Source: Patescibacteria group bacterium (GTDB lineage Bacteria; Patescibacteriota; Patescibacteriia; JBHPGJ01). Taken from it: a DNA stretch of 64,000 bases. Under the pieces are notes generated by a model that did no database searches, was not told the DNA's origin, and worked only from the letters and a program-made list of their open reading frames with translations. Both the position numbers and the translations under genes were made by a program. The stretch spans positions 275 to 64,274 of the forward strand of contig JBHPGJ010000007.1 in NCBI GenBank assembly GCA_042570545.1, read 5' to 3'. Of this stretch, positions 49,277 to 59,490 are shown in pieces. Position 1 is the stretch's first letter. Each line of letters starts with the position of its first letter.

Positions 49277-49666
49277 ATGGTGCAGGTAAGTGCCGAACGC
49301 GATGCTATCGAATCATTAGTTCACCAAGCCAGGCAAATCTTCTTTAGAGAAGGTACCATCGATACCGATAGCCGTTGTGTTCTGCGGACAAACACAAGTC
49401 AGGCCCCCCTCCATCTCGCCGGTGTAAGCGCCGGAGCTAATATGCGCTCTGGCGAGAATTCCAGACTCAATGTTGTTGTTTTTGTTGACCACCCTCTCGA
49501 AGCCCAGCCCGGTCGTGAAGTGACCCGAAACTTCTCTGCCGGCTCCTCAGCGGTTCTGATCGAGAAGGGAACACAAGCTTCCTTGCTGCGGCTGGTGGAC
49601 GACAAAAACGGCAAACTGGTTTTCGAAAGAAGCGGTTTCATGCAAGAGTTCCAAGGAACCGTTTAA
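49277..49666 (+). CDS. Hypothetical protein downstream of the SAM-I-like leader
   Basis: SD AGGAGGT; 129 aa; terminator hairpin GGGAAGG/CCTTCCC follows. Confidence 0.75.
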   Translation: MVQVSAERDAIESLVHQARQIFFREGTIDTDSRCVLRTNTSQAPLHLAGVSAGANMRSGENSRLNVVVFVDHPLEAQPGREVTRNFSAGSSAVLIEKGTQASLLRLVDDKNGKLVFERSGFMQEFQGTV

Positions 49667-49720
49667 ACTTTCGCTCTTCGCTAGGAATTACGGGAAGGCC
49701 TAAAAACCTTCCCCTTTATT

Positions 49721-51166
49721 TTAATCTTTTGGCCGATTATCAACTATGCGTTTTTCTTTTAGTTCTGTTTCCATGCCCAGCTCCTCAAGTAATTTATTTA
49801 CATCTTCCTGGACAATATTGGCTGATACTTGAATATCATCTCTTACTTGTTTTTCTAACAGTGTTTTGAACTCATCAAATTTAACATCTGGTTTTAGAGC
49901 TACTGCTAATTCGATTTCATCAAGATCATGCGGATCATTATTACGTTTATTTATACGTACCTGCCACTCTTCGATCTCTTTTAAGCCCGATAGTAAAGGA
50001 TAGAAATTATTAAGATTTATCAATTCACCCTTGACCTTGGTCAGATTAAACTCCTTAACCTCACTCTTGCGCTGGATATCCGGATAAATTTGCGGAACAG
50101 TTTTACCGCATGACGGACATGGTTCATAATTTATACGCTTAACCAAATCACCAGTCCGGTAGCGCACCACCACCGAACCCCGCCAGTCTAGCGAGGTATA
50201 TACTAATTCACCATCTTCCTGCACCCGCTTGCCCTCTTCGTTTACTAATTCAAAATATTCCAGATCTGGGTAAAGGTGATAACCGGTTGACTCAGCACAC
50301 TGTATCCAGGCCGTTTTACCTTCAGTCATGGCGTAAGTAGAATATATCTGCGGTAATTTTGCACCCATTTGTTCTAATAGCTGCCGAGCTTTTTCGCGCA
50401 GTCCCTGACTGACCCTCTCACCGCCAAACATAACATATTTTACATTTGAAAAATCCCGTTTTTGTTTAGCTGCTTCACGCAAAAGGTGATAGGCATAGCC
50501 AGGTATAAAAGACACTAAAGAAGCCTTTAATCTCTCAATAGAATCAATAATTTTCTGCGTACCCATGATTTTACCTCCGCCTGTTTGCACAGAAGTCATG
50601 CCCAACTTGTTCATGGCGTGATAGGCCAGCCAGAATGCCAGGTGGGGGGAATAAGGAAAAGCGTTTATGGCCACCTGGTCCCGGGGTACGCCTACCACAT
50701 CAAGCAAGCGCTCACCAGTTTCTCTTAACTTGGTTATATCTCTTGCCGAATAAGTAAAAGCTGTCGGCAGGGCGGTCCGTCCGGTCGTAAAGTGCATATG
50801 AATTGGCTTGTATTCTGCTTCCAACATCCTTTTCGGATCCTCACGTCTCAATTTTAACCAGACGATCTTGGCTAACAAAGATTTGGGCGCATGTTTTTTT
50901 ATCAATTCTTCATCAGGGGCTAATATAAATTGCCTGGGACGAGCCCGATCATCTTCAGTTGGTGCCAGATCAGCCTTGGATACAAACGGTAATTTCTGTA
51001 AATCATCAGTTGTTTTGATCTCATTAAAAGAAAGATCTTTTTTCTTAAAGAGTTCTCGATAGTAAGGCGAATAGGGCAGTTGATGTTTTACGAACTTATG
51101 CAGTAATTTATTCTGCAGCTCTTGAGTTTGTTGCTGGTTTAAAGACGTTAACTTTTTCCAATTCAT
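49721..51166 (-). CDS. Adenylate-forming ligase, phenylacetate-CoA ligase (PaaK)-like family
   Basis: DLQKLPF..K, variant P-loop HFTTGRTA.P, GGE, YAMTE, GELVYT and RYRTGD motifs. Confidence 0.85.
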   Translation of the reverse strand: MNWKKLTSLNQQQTQELQNKLLHKFVKHQLPYSPYYRELFKKKDLSFNEIKTTDDLQKLPFVSKADLAPTEDDRARPRQFILAPDEELIKKHAPKSLLAKIVWLKLRREDPKRMLEAEYKPIHMHFTTGRTALPTAFTYSARDITKLRETGERLLDVVGVPRDQVAINAFPYSPHLAFWLAYHAMNKLGMTSVQTGGGKIMGTQKIIDSIERLKASLVSFIPGYAYHLLREAAKQKRDFSNVKYVMFGGERVSQGLREKARQLLEQMGAKLPQIYSTYAMTEGKTAWIQCAESTGYHLYPDLEYFELVNEEGKRVQEDGELVYTSLDWRGSVVVRYRTGDLVKRINYEPCPSCGKTVPQIYPDIQRKSEVKEFNLTKVKGELINLNNFYPLLSGLKEIEEWQVRINKRNNDPHDLDEIELAVALKPDVKFDEFKTLLEKQVRDDIQVSANIVQEDVNKLLEELGMETELKEKRIVDNRPKD

Positions 51167-51237
51167 GAGAATAATGTTAATTAATCAGCTAACCTCCGCT
51201 ATTTAATCTATTGTTTTTTATCAAAATAGGCAAGTAC

Positions 51238-51843
51238 TTAATCAACCTTTTTATCACACAACTTAGCGATATTTTTCATCATTTCTTGAGTGAGCTTATT
51301 TATTAAATCAGCTTCAAGTTCTTGGTCAAAATATTTTATATATTCAATAGGTTTACCGACATTGATTGAATATTTTTTGTTATTGCCGATCCATGACCTG
51401 ACCGAATCCAGATATGATGAATCACCGTGACCAACAATTCCTAGCGGGACGATCGGCACCTGGGCCTTTATGGCCATTCTGACCGTGCCAGTTTTACCCG
51501 GTAATAAACGGTCAGTTAAATTGCGCCGGCCCTCAGGAAAATTACAAATGATTCTTCCCCGGTTGAGCATTTTTACTACCCGACTTAAAGTTTTGATCTT
51601 ATCCTGCCAATCAATTTGAATTACTACTCTAGTCCACCAATAATTATTTGTCTTAGCCAGAAAATAAATGTAATCATCTCGGTGTGGATGAAAAGCGGCG
51701 GTGATGCGAAAACCATCAAGATAGTCATTGTGATTAGCAGCAATTAAATAAGGACCCTCAGCCGGGAGATTATCAAGACCATTTAGCGAATCAATTGATT
51801 TTCGAAAAAACTCATATACTGCCAAGCGAATGATTTTTTTCAT
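51238..51843 (-). CDS. plsC: Lysophospholipid acyltransferase (PlsC family)
   Basis: NHNDYLD (HxxxxD), FPEGRR, GKTG and PIVP motifs. Confidence 0.88.
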   Translation of the reverse strand: MKKIIRLAVYEFFRKSIDSLNGLDNLPAEGPYLIAANHNDYLDGFRITAAFHPHRDDYIYFLAKTNNYWWTRVVIQIDWQDKIKTLSRVVKMLNRGRIICNFPEGRRNLTDRLLPGKTGTVRMAIKAQVPIVPLGIVGHGDSSYLDSVRSWIGNNKKYSINVGKPIEYIKYFDQELEADLINKLTQEMMKNIAKLCDKKVD

Positions 51844-51844
51844 G

Positions 51845-52474
51845 TTAGTAAGTATAATTTTTATTACACAACTTACCGATGGATTTCATAATGGTCCTGG
51901 TCGTATCAACTAGTTGGTCGTAATTAAGACTTTCCAACGATTGCTTGGGAAAATTTATCGGTTGGCCGATAGTTATACTAAATTGATCATGAGAAAGGAA
52001 ATAATTTTTTACTGCTTGAGGCATAGTGGCGCCCTTAGGTACAAAGATACCCGTAGGAATGACCGGCACACCGGTAGCTAAAGCTAACCTGGCCGCACCA
52101 GTTTTGCCTTTGAGCATATTGATTTTTGATACTCGGTTTCGGGTACTCTCGGGAAATATACCGATACAATATCCCTGATCTAAGTTCTCATTAGCTGTCT
52201 TTAAGACAGCCGCTTTATCTTTGGTATCAATATAAAGCATGCCCAGCCAATTTCCCAAGCGGCCAAAATACTTACGTAATTCATGCTTGGCCGGAAAATA
52301 CATCTGCCGTCGGCAATACTTAGCGGTGGCGTACCACATAGTAAGCGGATCAAGATAACTCTGATGATTACCAACCATGATAAATGGCGTATCAAGCGGT
52401 AGTCGTTCAGAATGAAATACCGTAATTCTTTTACCAACTAATTTCAATAAAGTTTTTTGTGATTTAGTAAGCAT
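51845..52474 (-). CDS. plsC: Lysophospholipid acyltransferase (PlsC family)
   Basis: NHQSYLD, FPESTR and GKTGAARLA motifs. Confidence 0.88.
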   Translation of the reverse strand: MLTKSQKTLLKLVGKRITVFHSERLPLDTPFIMVGNHQSYLDPLTMWYATAKYCRRQMYFPAKHELRKYFGRLGNWLGMLYIDTKDKAAVLKTANENLDQGYCIGIFPESTRNRVSKINMLKGKTGAARLALATGVPVIPTGIFVPKGATMPQAVKNYFLSHDQFSITIGQPINFPKQSLESLNYDQLVDTTRTIMKSIGKLCNKNYTY

Positions 52475-53078
52475 CTATTATTGGCTTACCTGATAAACTA
52501 CTAATAGCAACCATGAATTTATCCGTTACCTCTCGTATTAATTGATAATCAACTGGCTGGTCATAGTATTCAGAAATGTCGATTTGACGACCAATACGAA
52601 TCTCAATATGACGCCACCAGGCCCAGAATGACATTATACCCATCATAGCATGTACCCCCTTGCCCCCACGCATACCGATTGGAATTACTGGAGTACGAGA
52701 AGATAGGGCTAAGCGAGCAGCGCCAGTTTTACCTATTCTTAAAAACTTATCCTCGTTACTTTTACCCTCGGGAAAAATTACCACTGGACTGCCTCGCTTC
52801 AGACATTTTATACACTTTTTTAAGACGGCCGAAGGATTTTTCCGATTAATTGGAATAGAACCAAACCAGGCATATTTACGAGAGCTAGCAATAAAGTAGA
52901 CTTTTTTATTTTGAAACTTTGATAAGACAGCTGCCAATAGCGGCGAATCCATCCAGCTATTGTGATTAGCTACTACCACAAAGGGACCACTGGCTGGTAG
53001 ATTTTCTTTGCCAGATATTTTCTTTACGCGTTTACGCAGTAAAGGTATTAACCACAGTCTTGTCAGGGGATAAGCCAT
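52464..53078 (-). CDS. plsC: Lysophospholipid acyltransferase (PlsC family)
   Basis: NHNSWMD, FPEG and GKTGAARLA motifs. Confidence 0.88.
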   Translation of the reverse strand: MAYPLTRLWLIPLLRKRVKKISGKENLPASGPFVVVANHNSWMDSPLLAAVLSKFQNKKVYFIASSRKYAWFGSIPINRKNPSAVLKKCIKCLKRGSPVVIFPEGKSNEDKFLRIGKTGAARLALSSRTPVIPIGMRGGKGVHAMMGIMSFWAWWRHIEIRIGRQIDISEYYDQPVDYQLIREVTDKFMVAISSLSGKPIIDAY

Positions 53079-53091
53079 ATGCCCCTTATTG

Positions 53092-55065
53092 TTAGATAAA
53101 TATTGGAGCTAATACTAACGACACGATAGCCATTAGTTTAATTAGAATGTTCATCGAAGGACCCGATGTATCTTTAAAGGGATCGCCCACAGTATCTCCA
53201 ACCACCGCTGCTTTATGCGAATCAGATCCCTTGCCGCCATGATGCCCTGCCTCAATATATTTTTTTGCATTATCCCAAGCACCACCAGCGTTGGCCATCA
53301 TCAAAGCCATCAATACTCCGGTGACGGTGGCTCCAGCCAACAAACCTCCCAAGGCCTCAGGTCCGAGAGTTAAACCAACGATAACTGGAGCAGTGATTGC
53401 AACTATACCCGGCAGAATCATTTCTTTAATTGCGGCATGAGCGGAAATAGCTACACAACGGGCTGAGTCAGGCTTGGCCCGGCCCTCCATTAAACCAGGG
53501 ATTTCTTTGAATTGTCGACGTACCTCTTTGACCATTTTAAAGGCGGCGCGACCAACAGCTGTCATGGTAATTGAAGCAATAAAGAATGGTAATATGCCAC
53601 CAAGTAACAGGCCAACTACCACATCGGGTTCGGTTAAGCTAATTACCGTAAGGCCAACCGCTGAAGAATAAGCTGAGAATAATGCCAAAGCGGTAAGCGC
53701 AGCCGAACCGATAGCAAAACCTTTACCAATAGCAGCCGTAGTATTGCCCAGGGCATCCAGGCGATCGGTTATTTTTCTAGTATCATCACCAAGACCGGAC
53801 ATTTCTGAAATACCACCAGCGTTATCAGAAATTGGGCCATAGGCATCAACGGACATCACTACTCCGATAGTGGCTAACATGCCAACTGCTGAAATGCCAA
53901 TGCCATATAGGCCGGCTAATTCATAACCAATATATATAGCGGCCGCAATAATAATAACCGGCAAGGCCACGCTTTCCATGCCAACCGCTAAACCGGATAT
54001 GATATTAGTCGCACTGCCGGTTTCTGAAGATCGAGCAATCTTTTTGACCGGTTTCTTGGCCGTATAGTATTCGGTCAGTAATCCGATTATAATTCCGGCA
54101 GCGGAACCTGACAGAACGGCCCAAAAGGCTCCTAGTGGAAGTTTTAGCCAATCAACGACAAAATAAGTAGCGATAACCAATACAGCGGCGGCAACGTAAG
54201 TAACGTAGCGTAAGACTGTGGCCGGATTTAAACCACGAAATATTCTAACAGACAAGATGCCCAATATTGATGCCACCAGTCCAATGGTGACAATCCATAA
54301 AGGCAAGCTCATGTATTCTAGTTTAGATAAAGCATAGGCCGAGCCGGTAGCAGCGATGGCAATAGTGGCCACTATCGAACCAATGTATGACTCAAATAAA
54401 TCAGCACCCAGACCAGCTACATCACCGACATTATCACCAACGTTGTCGGCAATTACAGCCGGGTTTCTCGGATCATCTTCGGGAATACCCGCTTCAACCT
54501 TACCGACCAAATCAGCGCCGACGTCGGCTGTCTTGGTGTAGATACCACCACCGACACGGGCAAACAGTGCAATTGAAGAAGCGCCCATGGCAAAACCGGA
54601 TAAAACCGTATAATTTGCTTCGTGAAAAAAGTGGAAATAAAGACTAATACCGATCAAACCCAGCGAAGCAACTGACATGCCCATTACCGCTCCACCACTA
54701 AAAGCAATAGTTAAAGCCTTGGGCTGATTGCCCTCAGAAGCGGCTTGGGCCGTGCGTACATTTGCTCGGGTCGCAGCTTGCATGCCAAAAATTCCGGCTA
54801 GCATCGAAGAAATAGCCCCACTAATAAAGGCTACCGCTGACCATATTTCTAGTTGCCACCATAAGAGGAAAAAAATTGCAAATACAAATCCAGCTAGAAT
54901 TGAATATTCTTTTTTAAGAAAAACCAAAGCTCCTTCGTGAATAGCGGCTGATATTTCTTTCATTTTATCTGAACCGGGATTTGCCCGTTTAACCGAAAGA
55001 AATAATATCCAGGCAAAAGCCAGGCCGATGACGCCGATAATAACGCCGATAATACCTAAATCCAT
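53092..55065 (-). CDS. hppA: Membrane-bound cation-translocating pyrophosphatase (K+-dependent, probably Na+-PPase)
   Basis: [38 protein letters not shown] and [10 protein letters not shown] motifs. Confidence 0.96.
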   Translation of the reverse strand: MDLGIIGVIIGVIGLAFAWILFLSVKRANPGSDKMKEISAAIHEGALVFLKKEYSILAGFVFAIFFLLWWQLEIWSAVAFISGAISSMLAGIFGMQAATRANVRTAQAASEGNQPKALTIAFSGGAVMGMSVASLGLIGISLYFHFFHEANYTVLSGFAMGASSIALFARVGGGIYTKTADVGADLVGKVEAGIPEDDPRNPAVIADNVGDNVGDVAGLGADLFESYIGSIVATIAIAATGSAYALSKLEYMSLPLWIVTIGLVASILGILSVRIFRGLNPATVLRYVTYVAAAVLVIATYFVVDWLKLPLGAFWAVLSGSAAGIIIGLLTEYYTAKKPVKKIARSSETGSATNIISGLAVGMESVALPVIIIAAAIYIGYELAGLYGIGISAVGMLATIGVVMSVDAYGPISDNAGGISEMSGLGDDTRKITDRLDALGNTTAAIGKGFAIGSAALTALALFSAYSSAVGLTVISLTEPDVVVGLLLGGILPFFIASITMTAVGRAAFKMVKEVRRQFKEIPGLMEGRAKPDSARCVAISAHAAIKEMILPGIVAITAPVIVGLTLGPEALGGLLAGATVTGVLMALMMANAGGAWDNAKKYIEAGHHGGKGSDSHKAAVVGDTVGDPFKDTSGPSMNILIKLMAIVSLVLAPIFI

Positions 55066-55107
55066 GTTTGTTTAATTGAATTAGTTAATAATAAATACAA
55101 TTAATAA

Positions 55108-56550
55108 TTATTTTTTATCTTTTTCATCTACTGACTCAGGCTTGGCTGCTTTTTTATCATTTTCTTCTGTTTTGGGTTCCGGCGGTTTCTCGGCTGACTT
55201 TTCATTGGCCTTTTCTTCGGCAGGTTCCTCATTTTTTGATTCATCTTTTACTTCATCGTCAGTTGTTGATCCTTTTTCAGTTTCTCCTTCTTCAGATTCA
55301 CCAGACTCGCCATCTTCAGGCGATTTGGATTCTATATTTTTACCTTCAGATGTGATATCTATTTTCCAACCCGTTAGTCGTGCTGCTAAACGAACATTTT
55401 GCCCCGCCTTGCCAATTGCTAGTGACAGCTGATCTTCCTTTACTTCTGCAATAGCTACTCTTTCTTCATCATTAAGCTTAATCGCTAGTACCTTAGCTGG
55501 CGATAAAGCGTTGGTAATAAAATTAACCGGATCTTCATTATATTCAATGATATCGATTTTTTCACCACCAAGCTCAGTAATTATAGTTTGTACTCGTGAA
55601 CCCCTTTGCCCCACGCATGAACCAACCGGGTCGATATTTTTTTGACTGGAAAAAACCGCGACTTTTGTCCGGGAACCAGCTTCACGAGCTACGGCTTTTA
55701 TCTCAACCGAGCCAGCGGATATTTCAGGTACTTCCATGGCAAAAAGTTGTGCTACCATTTCCGGTTTGGCGCGAGACACGATTATTTCTGGTCCTTTGGG
55801 GGACATAGTAACAGAGATGACATATATTTTTATTCTTTGTCCCGGGGTATATTGTTCATCGGGTATTTGCTCGCCAGGCGGCATTAAGGCGGTGGTGGCA
55901 CCCAAATCGATTAGGACCATACGTCCCTCAACTCGCTGGATAGTAGCATTAATAACACTACCTTCTTTATCTTTAAATTCATTATATAAATTCTCACGTT
56001 CGGCTTCTCGTAATTTTTGGATAATAACCTGTTTAGCGGTTTGAGCAGCCATGCGTCCATAGGCAGCCGGTGGGAATAATTCAGTACGAATAACATCATC
56101 TAGTTTGGCGTCTTTTTTAATCTCTTTGGCCTCAGATAGAGAAAACATGGATTTGGGATCATAGCGGTCCTCTACTTCTTCTTCAGTATCTTCGGACTTC
56201 TGTTCATCGTCTTTTTTTACTTCTTCAGTTTTTTTCTTGGAATCTTTATCTTCTTTAATCTCAGCGACTTCGGCCTTTGCTTCTTCTTCGGCTTGAGCTT
56301 CGCGCTCAGCTTTCTCTTTCTCCCATTTTTCTTTTAGTTCATTAGCGACAACTTTCTTTTCATCAAAAACACGTGCTCCGCCGGTGTCGGCGTCAAATTC
56401 AACAATAATATTTTGATTTTTTTCACCGAAGTCTTTACGATAGGCAACCGCTAAAGCCGCCTCAACGGTAGTAATAACTGATTCGTATGATATTTTTTTC
56501 TCTTCACAAATCTGCTTGATGGCCAGACTAATTTCTGAAACTTTAGTCAT
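55108..56550 (-). CDS. nusA: Transcription factor NusA
   Basis: GRMAAQTAKQV, S1 and KH domains (DPVGSCVGQRG, AIGKAGQNVRLA); acidic insert and tail. Confidence 0.97.
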   Translation of the reverse strand: MTKVSEISLAIKQICEEKKISYESVITTVEAALAVAYRKDFGEKNQNIIVEFDADTGGARVFDEKKVVANELKEKWEKEKAEREAQAEEEAKAEVAEIKEDKDSKKKTEEVKKDDEQKSEDTEEEVEDRYDPKSMFSLSEAKEIKKDAKLDDVIRTELFPPAAYGRMAAQTAKQVIIQKLREAERENLYNEFKDKEGSVINATIQRVEGRMVLIDLGATTALMPPGEQIPDEQYTPGQRIKIYVISVTMSPKGPEIIVSRAKPEMVAQLFAMEVPEISAGSVEIKAVAREAGSRTKVAVFSSQKNIDPVGSCVGQRGSRVQTIITELGGEKIDIIEYNEDPVNFITNALSPAKVLAIKLNDEERVAIAEVKEDQLSLAIGKAGQNVRLAARLTGWKIDITSEGKNIESKSPEDGESGESEEGETEKGSTTDDEVKDESKNEEPAEEKANEKSAEKPPEPKTEENDKKAAKPESVDEKDKK

Positions 56551-56639
56551 TGTATATTTCTTATTATTAAAAATGACTAGTCTACATAATAAACTAGTCT
56601 AAAATAAGTATAGAGGAATGAATTTTTTTTAGCAAGTAT

Positions 56640-57008
56640 CTAGTCTTCAGCTTCGATGATATTATTCCACCGTTCTATTTGCCAACGCCCAGCCACCTTA
56701 CTAATGGTTATAAGATCAAATTGATAATCTGATACTTTTACGTTTTTTTGTTCCATATACCGCATACCGGCTTGCCACAAACGGTGCTGCTTAGATCTGG
56801 TTAAGGCTTCTTTGGCCGAGCCATAGGACGTACCACTACGTGTCTTTACCTCAATAAAATGCACAACTTCATTCTTCTGAGCAACAATGTCCAATTCGCC
56901 GTAGCGGGTATGATAATTACGCTCTAAAATTTTAAAACCACCTCGCTGAAGATATTCATCAGCCATGATCTCACCAGCTTGACCAAGTTTTTTATCCTGC
57001 TTTGACAA
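56640..57008 (-). CDS. yraN: YraN/UPF0102 endonuclease-like protein
   Basis: G..GE..A..YL, RNY..RYGELDIV and FIEVKTR motifs. Confidence 0.92.
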   Translation of the reverse strand: MSKQDKKLGQAGEIMADEYLQRGGFKILERNYHTRYGELDIVAQKNEVVHFIEVKTRSGTSYGSAKEALTRSKQHRLWQAGMRYMEQKNVKVSDYQFDLITISKVAGRWQIERWNNIIEAED

Positions 57009-57555
57009 CTATTAATCCCCAATGATAAGGACCGGCCGTAAAAGAATCAAATTCTGCCAACTCAGCTTGGGCAGCTAATCGATTAACGACTTCCGGCCTA
57101 ACTACACTATTTGGCTTTGGACCAAAAGCATGACCGCCGGTTTTCCAATCAGCGATTAACAACCGGCCACCGGTCTTAAGCATTCTCGAAGCTTCCATCA
57201 ATATTTCTAAATGATGATTAGTCTGATGAATGGTGTTGACTAATATAGCGGCATCCAAACTGCCATTGGTGATTTTATTTGCTCCGCCAATAACTTCAAG
57301 ATTTGACCAAACACAATGAATGATGTGATTGACCCCCAGAGCGGTGGCTTTACTATAGAGTGCTGATAACGCCGGTTTGTAAATATCAACCGCATAAACC
57401 AAGCCTTCGTCAGTCACCATTTTTGCCGCCTGAATAGTAAAGTAACCAGCCCCCCCACTGCCAAGATCAGCTACTCGCATACCGGCAGATAAGCCTAGCT
57501 TGTCTAATAGTTCAGCTGGATTTAATAATTCCGTTCCTGATGGGGCTTTTAGCAT
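56992..57555 (-). CDS. Class I SAM-dependent methyltransferase
   Basis: VADLGSGGAGYF, VYAVD and LKTGGRLLIADW motifs; start trimmed to MLKAPSG, with TGgTATAAT 6 nt upstream. Confidence 0.85.
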   Translation of the reverse strand: MLKAPSGTELLNPAELLDKLGLSAGMRVADLGSGGAGYFTIQAAKMVTDEGLVYAVDIYKPALSALYSKATALGVNHIIHCVWSNLEVIGGANKITNGSLDAAILVNTIHQTNHHLEILMEASRMLKTGGRLLIADWKTGGHAFGPKPNSVVRPEVVNRLAAQAELAEFDSFTAGPYHWGLIVVKAG

Positions 57556-57575
57556 GATCTTATTATACCACCAAT

Positions 57576-58139
57576 CTACATTAGATTCATTGGCGTAAAA
57601 GAACGCCGATGTATTGGCGACATCCCGGATAAATTTAACAAACGATGATGTTCTTCGGTCCCATAGCCTTTGTGTTGATGAAAATCCCAATGCGGCAGCA
57701 AGCGATGGTGACCACTCATAATTGTATCTCTGATCACTTTGGCAATTATTGAGGCAGCAGCAATGGCGTCTATCTTGCTGTCACCCCTTATAATTGCTTT
57801 TACTGGCGTGGTACCGTATTTAATTTTTAAGGCGTCGACATATATTAGATCAGGCCGGATTTTCAGTTTACTTATAGCCTGAATCATTACCTGATGATTG
57901 GCATTTTGAATACCCCGGTTATCTATATGGCCGGCTTCTATTAGACCAACAGACCAAGCCACTGAATTAATTGTAATTTTACTAAAAAGTATTTCTCGCT
58001 GCCTAGCTGACAACTTCTTAGAATCAATTGGCTGAAAATTATATTTATCAGGCAAGACAACCGCAGCGGCAACTATTGGACCAGCCCAGGCACCACGACC
58101 AGCTTCGTCTACTCCGGCAATTATTGTACTTTTTTTCAT
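57576..58139 (-). CDS. rnhB: Ribonuclease HII
   Basis: GVDEAGRG, DSKKL, IAAASIIAKV.RD, KGYGT and HRRSF motifs. Confidence 0.97.
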   Translation of the reverse strand: MKKSTIIAGVDEAGRGAWAGPIVAAAVVLPDKYNFQPIDSKKLSARQREILFSKITINSVAWSVGLIEAGHIDNRGIQNANHQVMIQAISKLKIRPDLIYVDALKIKYGTTPVKAIIRGDSKIDAIAAASIIAKVIRDTIMSGHHRLLPHWDFHQHKGYGTEEHHRLLNLSGMSPIHRRSFTPMNLM

Positions 58140-58275
58140 AACTTTAGTTTACCCCTTTTGTTCAAAATAAAGAACGGATAGTTCAGGAAATTAATATTTA
58201 CTTGACATTATAACCAAAACCTCATAAAGTTATCTGTTTTTCTGATGATCGCAAATGTTGTACTAGCCAGAGAAG

Positions 58276-59058
58276 GTGGTTGAAATGGAAAAACAGTATG
58301 TTCCTTGGCAGTTGGTCAAAGAGAAGGATTTCGCGCCTTTCATTAAGCTGGTTGAAGCTTATCTGCCAGCTATTCTGCTGAAGCCCGGTGATCTGTGGCG
58401 AGACCTAAGATGTCTGGTCCGGGTGGCAATTCTGAAGCAGCCGCATAGGGGACGAGAGATCGACGTGGTTAAGATCGCCGTTCACTTGATCTGGGACAAG
58501 CCGACCAAGAAGTACTTGCGCAAGCGTTACGGTCGTATTTGGTCGAAACAGAAGATCAATGAAGTTTACCGGAGCTTCGTCCGGCACGAAAAACGCTGGG
58601 GCATCAAGGACGTTGAGTGTCTGACCATCACCCTGAGGCGTAAGCCGACCGGGACCGACAGACGCTCGCTTAGACCCAGCCAGTTTGTACCGGTGGAAAT
58701 AAAATTCAGAAATGGCGCCCACTTTCGCGGCGTCCTGAAGCAGCTTTTTACCTGGTACAAAAAGCCGTCTGACGAAGTGATCGGACAGCACATGGTAACG
58801 GTCGATCTGACTGATCCAAGTATGAAAAAAGCTTTTCGCTGGATCAAGACACACATCGTACTGGTAATTGACAGTTACCATCACAGCTTATATTCACCGG
58901 CCGAACTTCAAGAGAAGAAGGTTCAGGAGAAGATAAGCAGCTGGAAACAAGTGGTGATACCGAAGATGAGGTATTTCACCAACCGGCTATGGCGCGCTTA
59001 CTCAATGCACCGGGATGGATTGTTCAGACGTACCCAAGAAGACTGGGAGCGTGGTTAA
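58276..59058 (+). CDS. Hypothetical basic protein
   Basis: 260-aa ORF with GC-richer codons and an upstream TTGACA promoter; the start may be ATG 58285. Confidence 0.7.
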   Translation: MVEMEKQYVPWQLVKEKDFAPFIKLVEAYLPAILLKPGDLWRDLRCLVRVAILKQPHRGREIDVVKIAVHLIWDKPTKKYLRKRYGRIWSKQKINEVYRSFVRHEKRWGIKDVECLTITLRRKPTGTDRRSLRPSQFVPVEIKFRNGAHFRGVLKQLFTWYKKPSDEVIGQHMVTVDLTDPSMKKAFRWIKTHIVLVIDSYHHSLYSPAELQEKKVQEKISSWKQVVIPKMRYFTNRLWRAYSMHRDGLFRRTQEDWERG

Positions 59059-59104
59059 AGAATATGGAGCCGCATCAACTGATCGGCTCCTTTATTTTAG
59101 TCAT

Positions 59105-59144
59105 AAAAATAAAGGGAGGGGTCGCTGGTTTAGGGCGACCCCTC
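59105..59144 (-). terminator. Intrinsic terminator of the minus-strand transcript
   Basis: GAGGGGTCGC/GCGACCCCTC 10-bp stem followed by CCTTTATTTTT on the minus strand. Confidence 0.8.
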
Positions 59145-59225
59145 GAAATTCGTACGACGATGTCGTGCAATTGTTGCTAAGCCGGACTCCTGATTCTCAC
59201 CATTGTATCCTCCAAAAGGAGAACT

Positions 59226-59490
59226 AACCCAGTATCCCGTGCTTTTAGTCGTTGCACGATCCTTGTTGTTGCCAATCATTTTCTTGAATCTTGTTTCCAA
59301 TAATATTGGAGTGATCGGGTTGACCATCAGGCCGACTACTTGGTACTGAGAAGTACCAGTGGGTACTGAGAAGTACCTGCACTTTTTACGTTTCGATCAC
59401 CAAGGGCGACTAACGTCACTCACAATATATCGGGAGTGTGCTTTGGGCACGGAAGATCTTAAAAAATGTTTGGGTTCAACAGGAACAAGT
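59226..59490 (-). ncRNA. Putative large nested structured RNA
   Basis: Five long-range helices plus twin identical hairpins; promoter TTGACA(59525-59520)-N17-TAGATT. Confidence 0.5.
59342..59377. repeat. Direct repeat of a 16-nt hairpin, GGTACTGAGAAGTACC x2
   Basis: Copies at 59342-59357 and 59362-59377. Confidence 0.95.

Noticed and set aside
51184-51200. TCAGCTAACCTC resembling the 3' end of a c-di-AMP riboswitch
   Set aside because: Other conserved segments are absent and it lies antisense to the flanking genes
59342-59377. Twin hairpins as an ANTAR target or mini-CRISPR
   Set aside because: The loops lack the A1/G4 hexaloop pattern; there are only two copies with a 4-nt spacer
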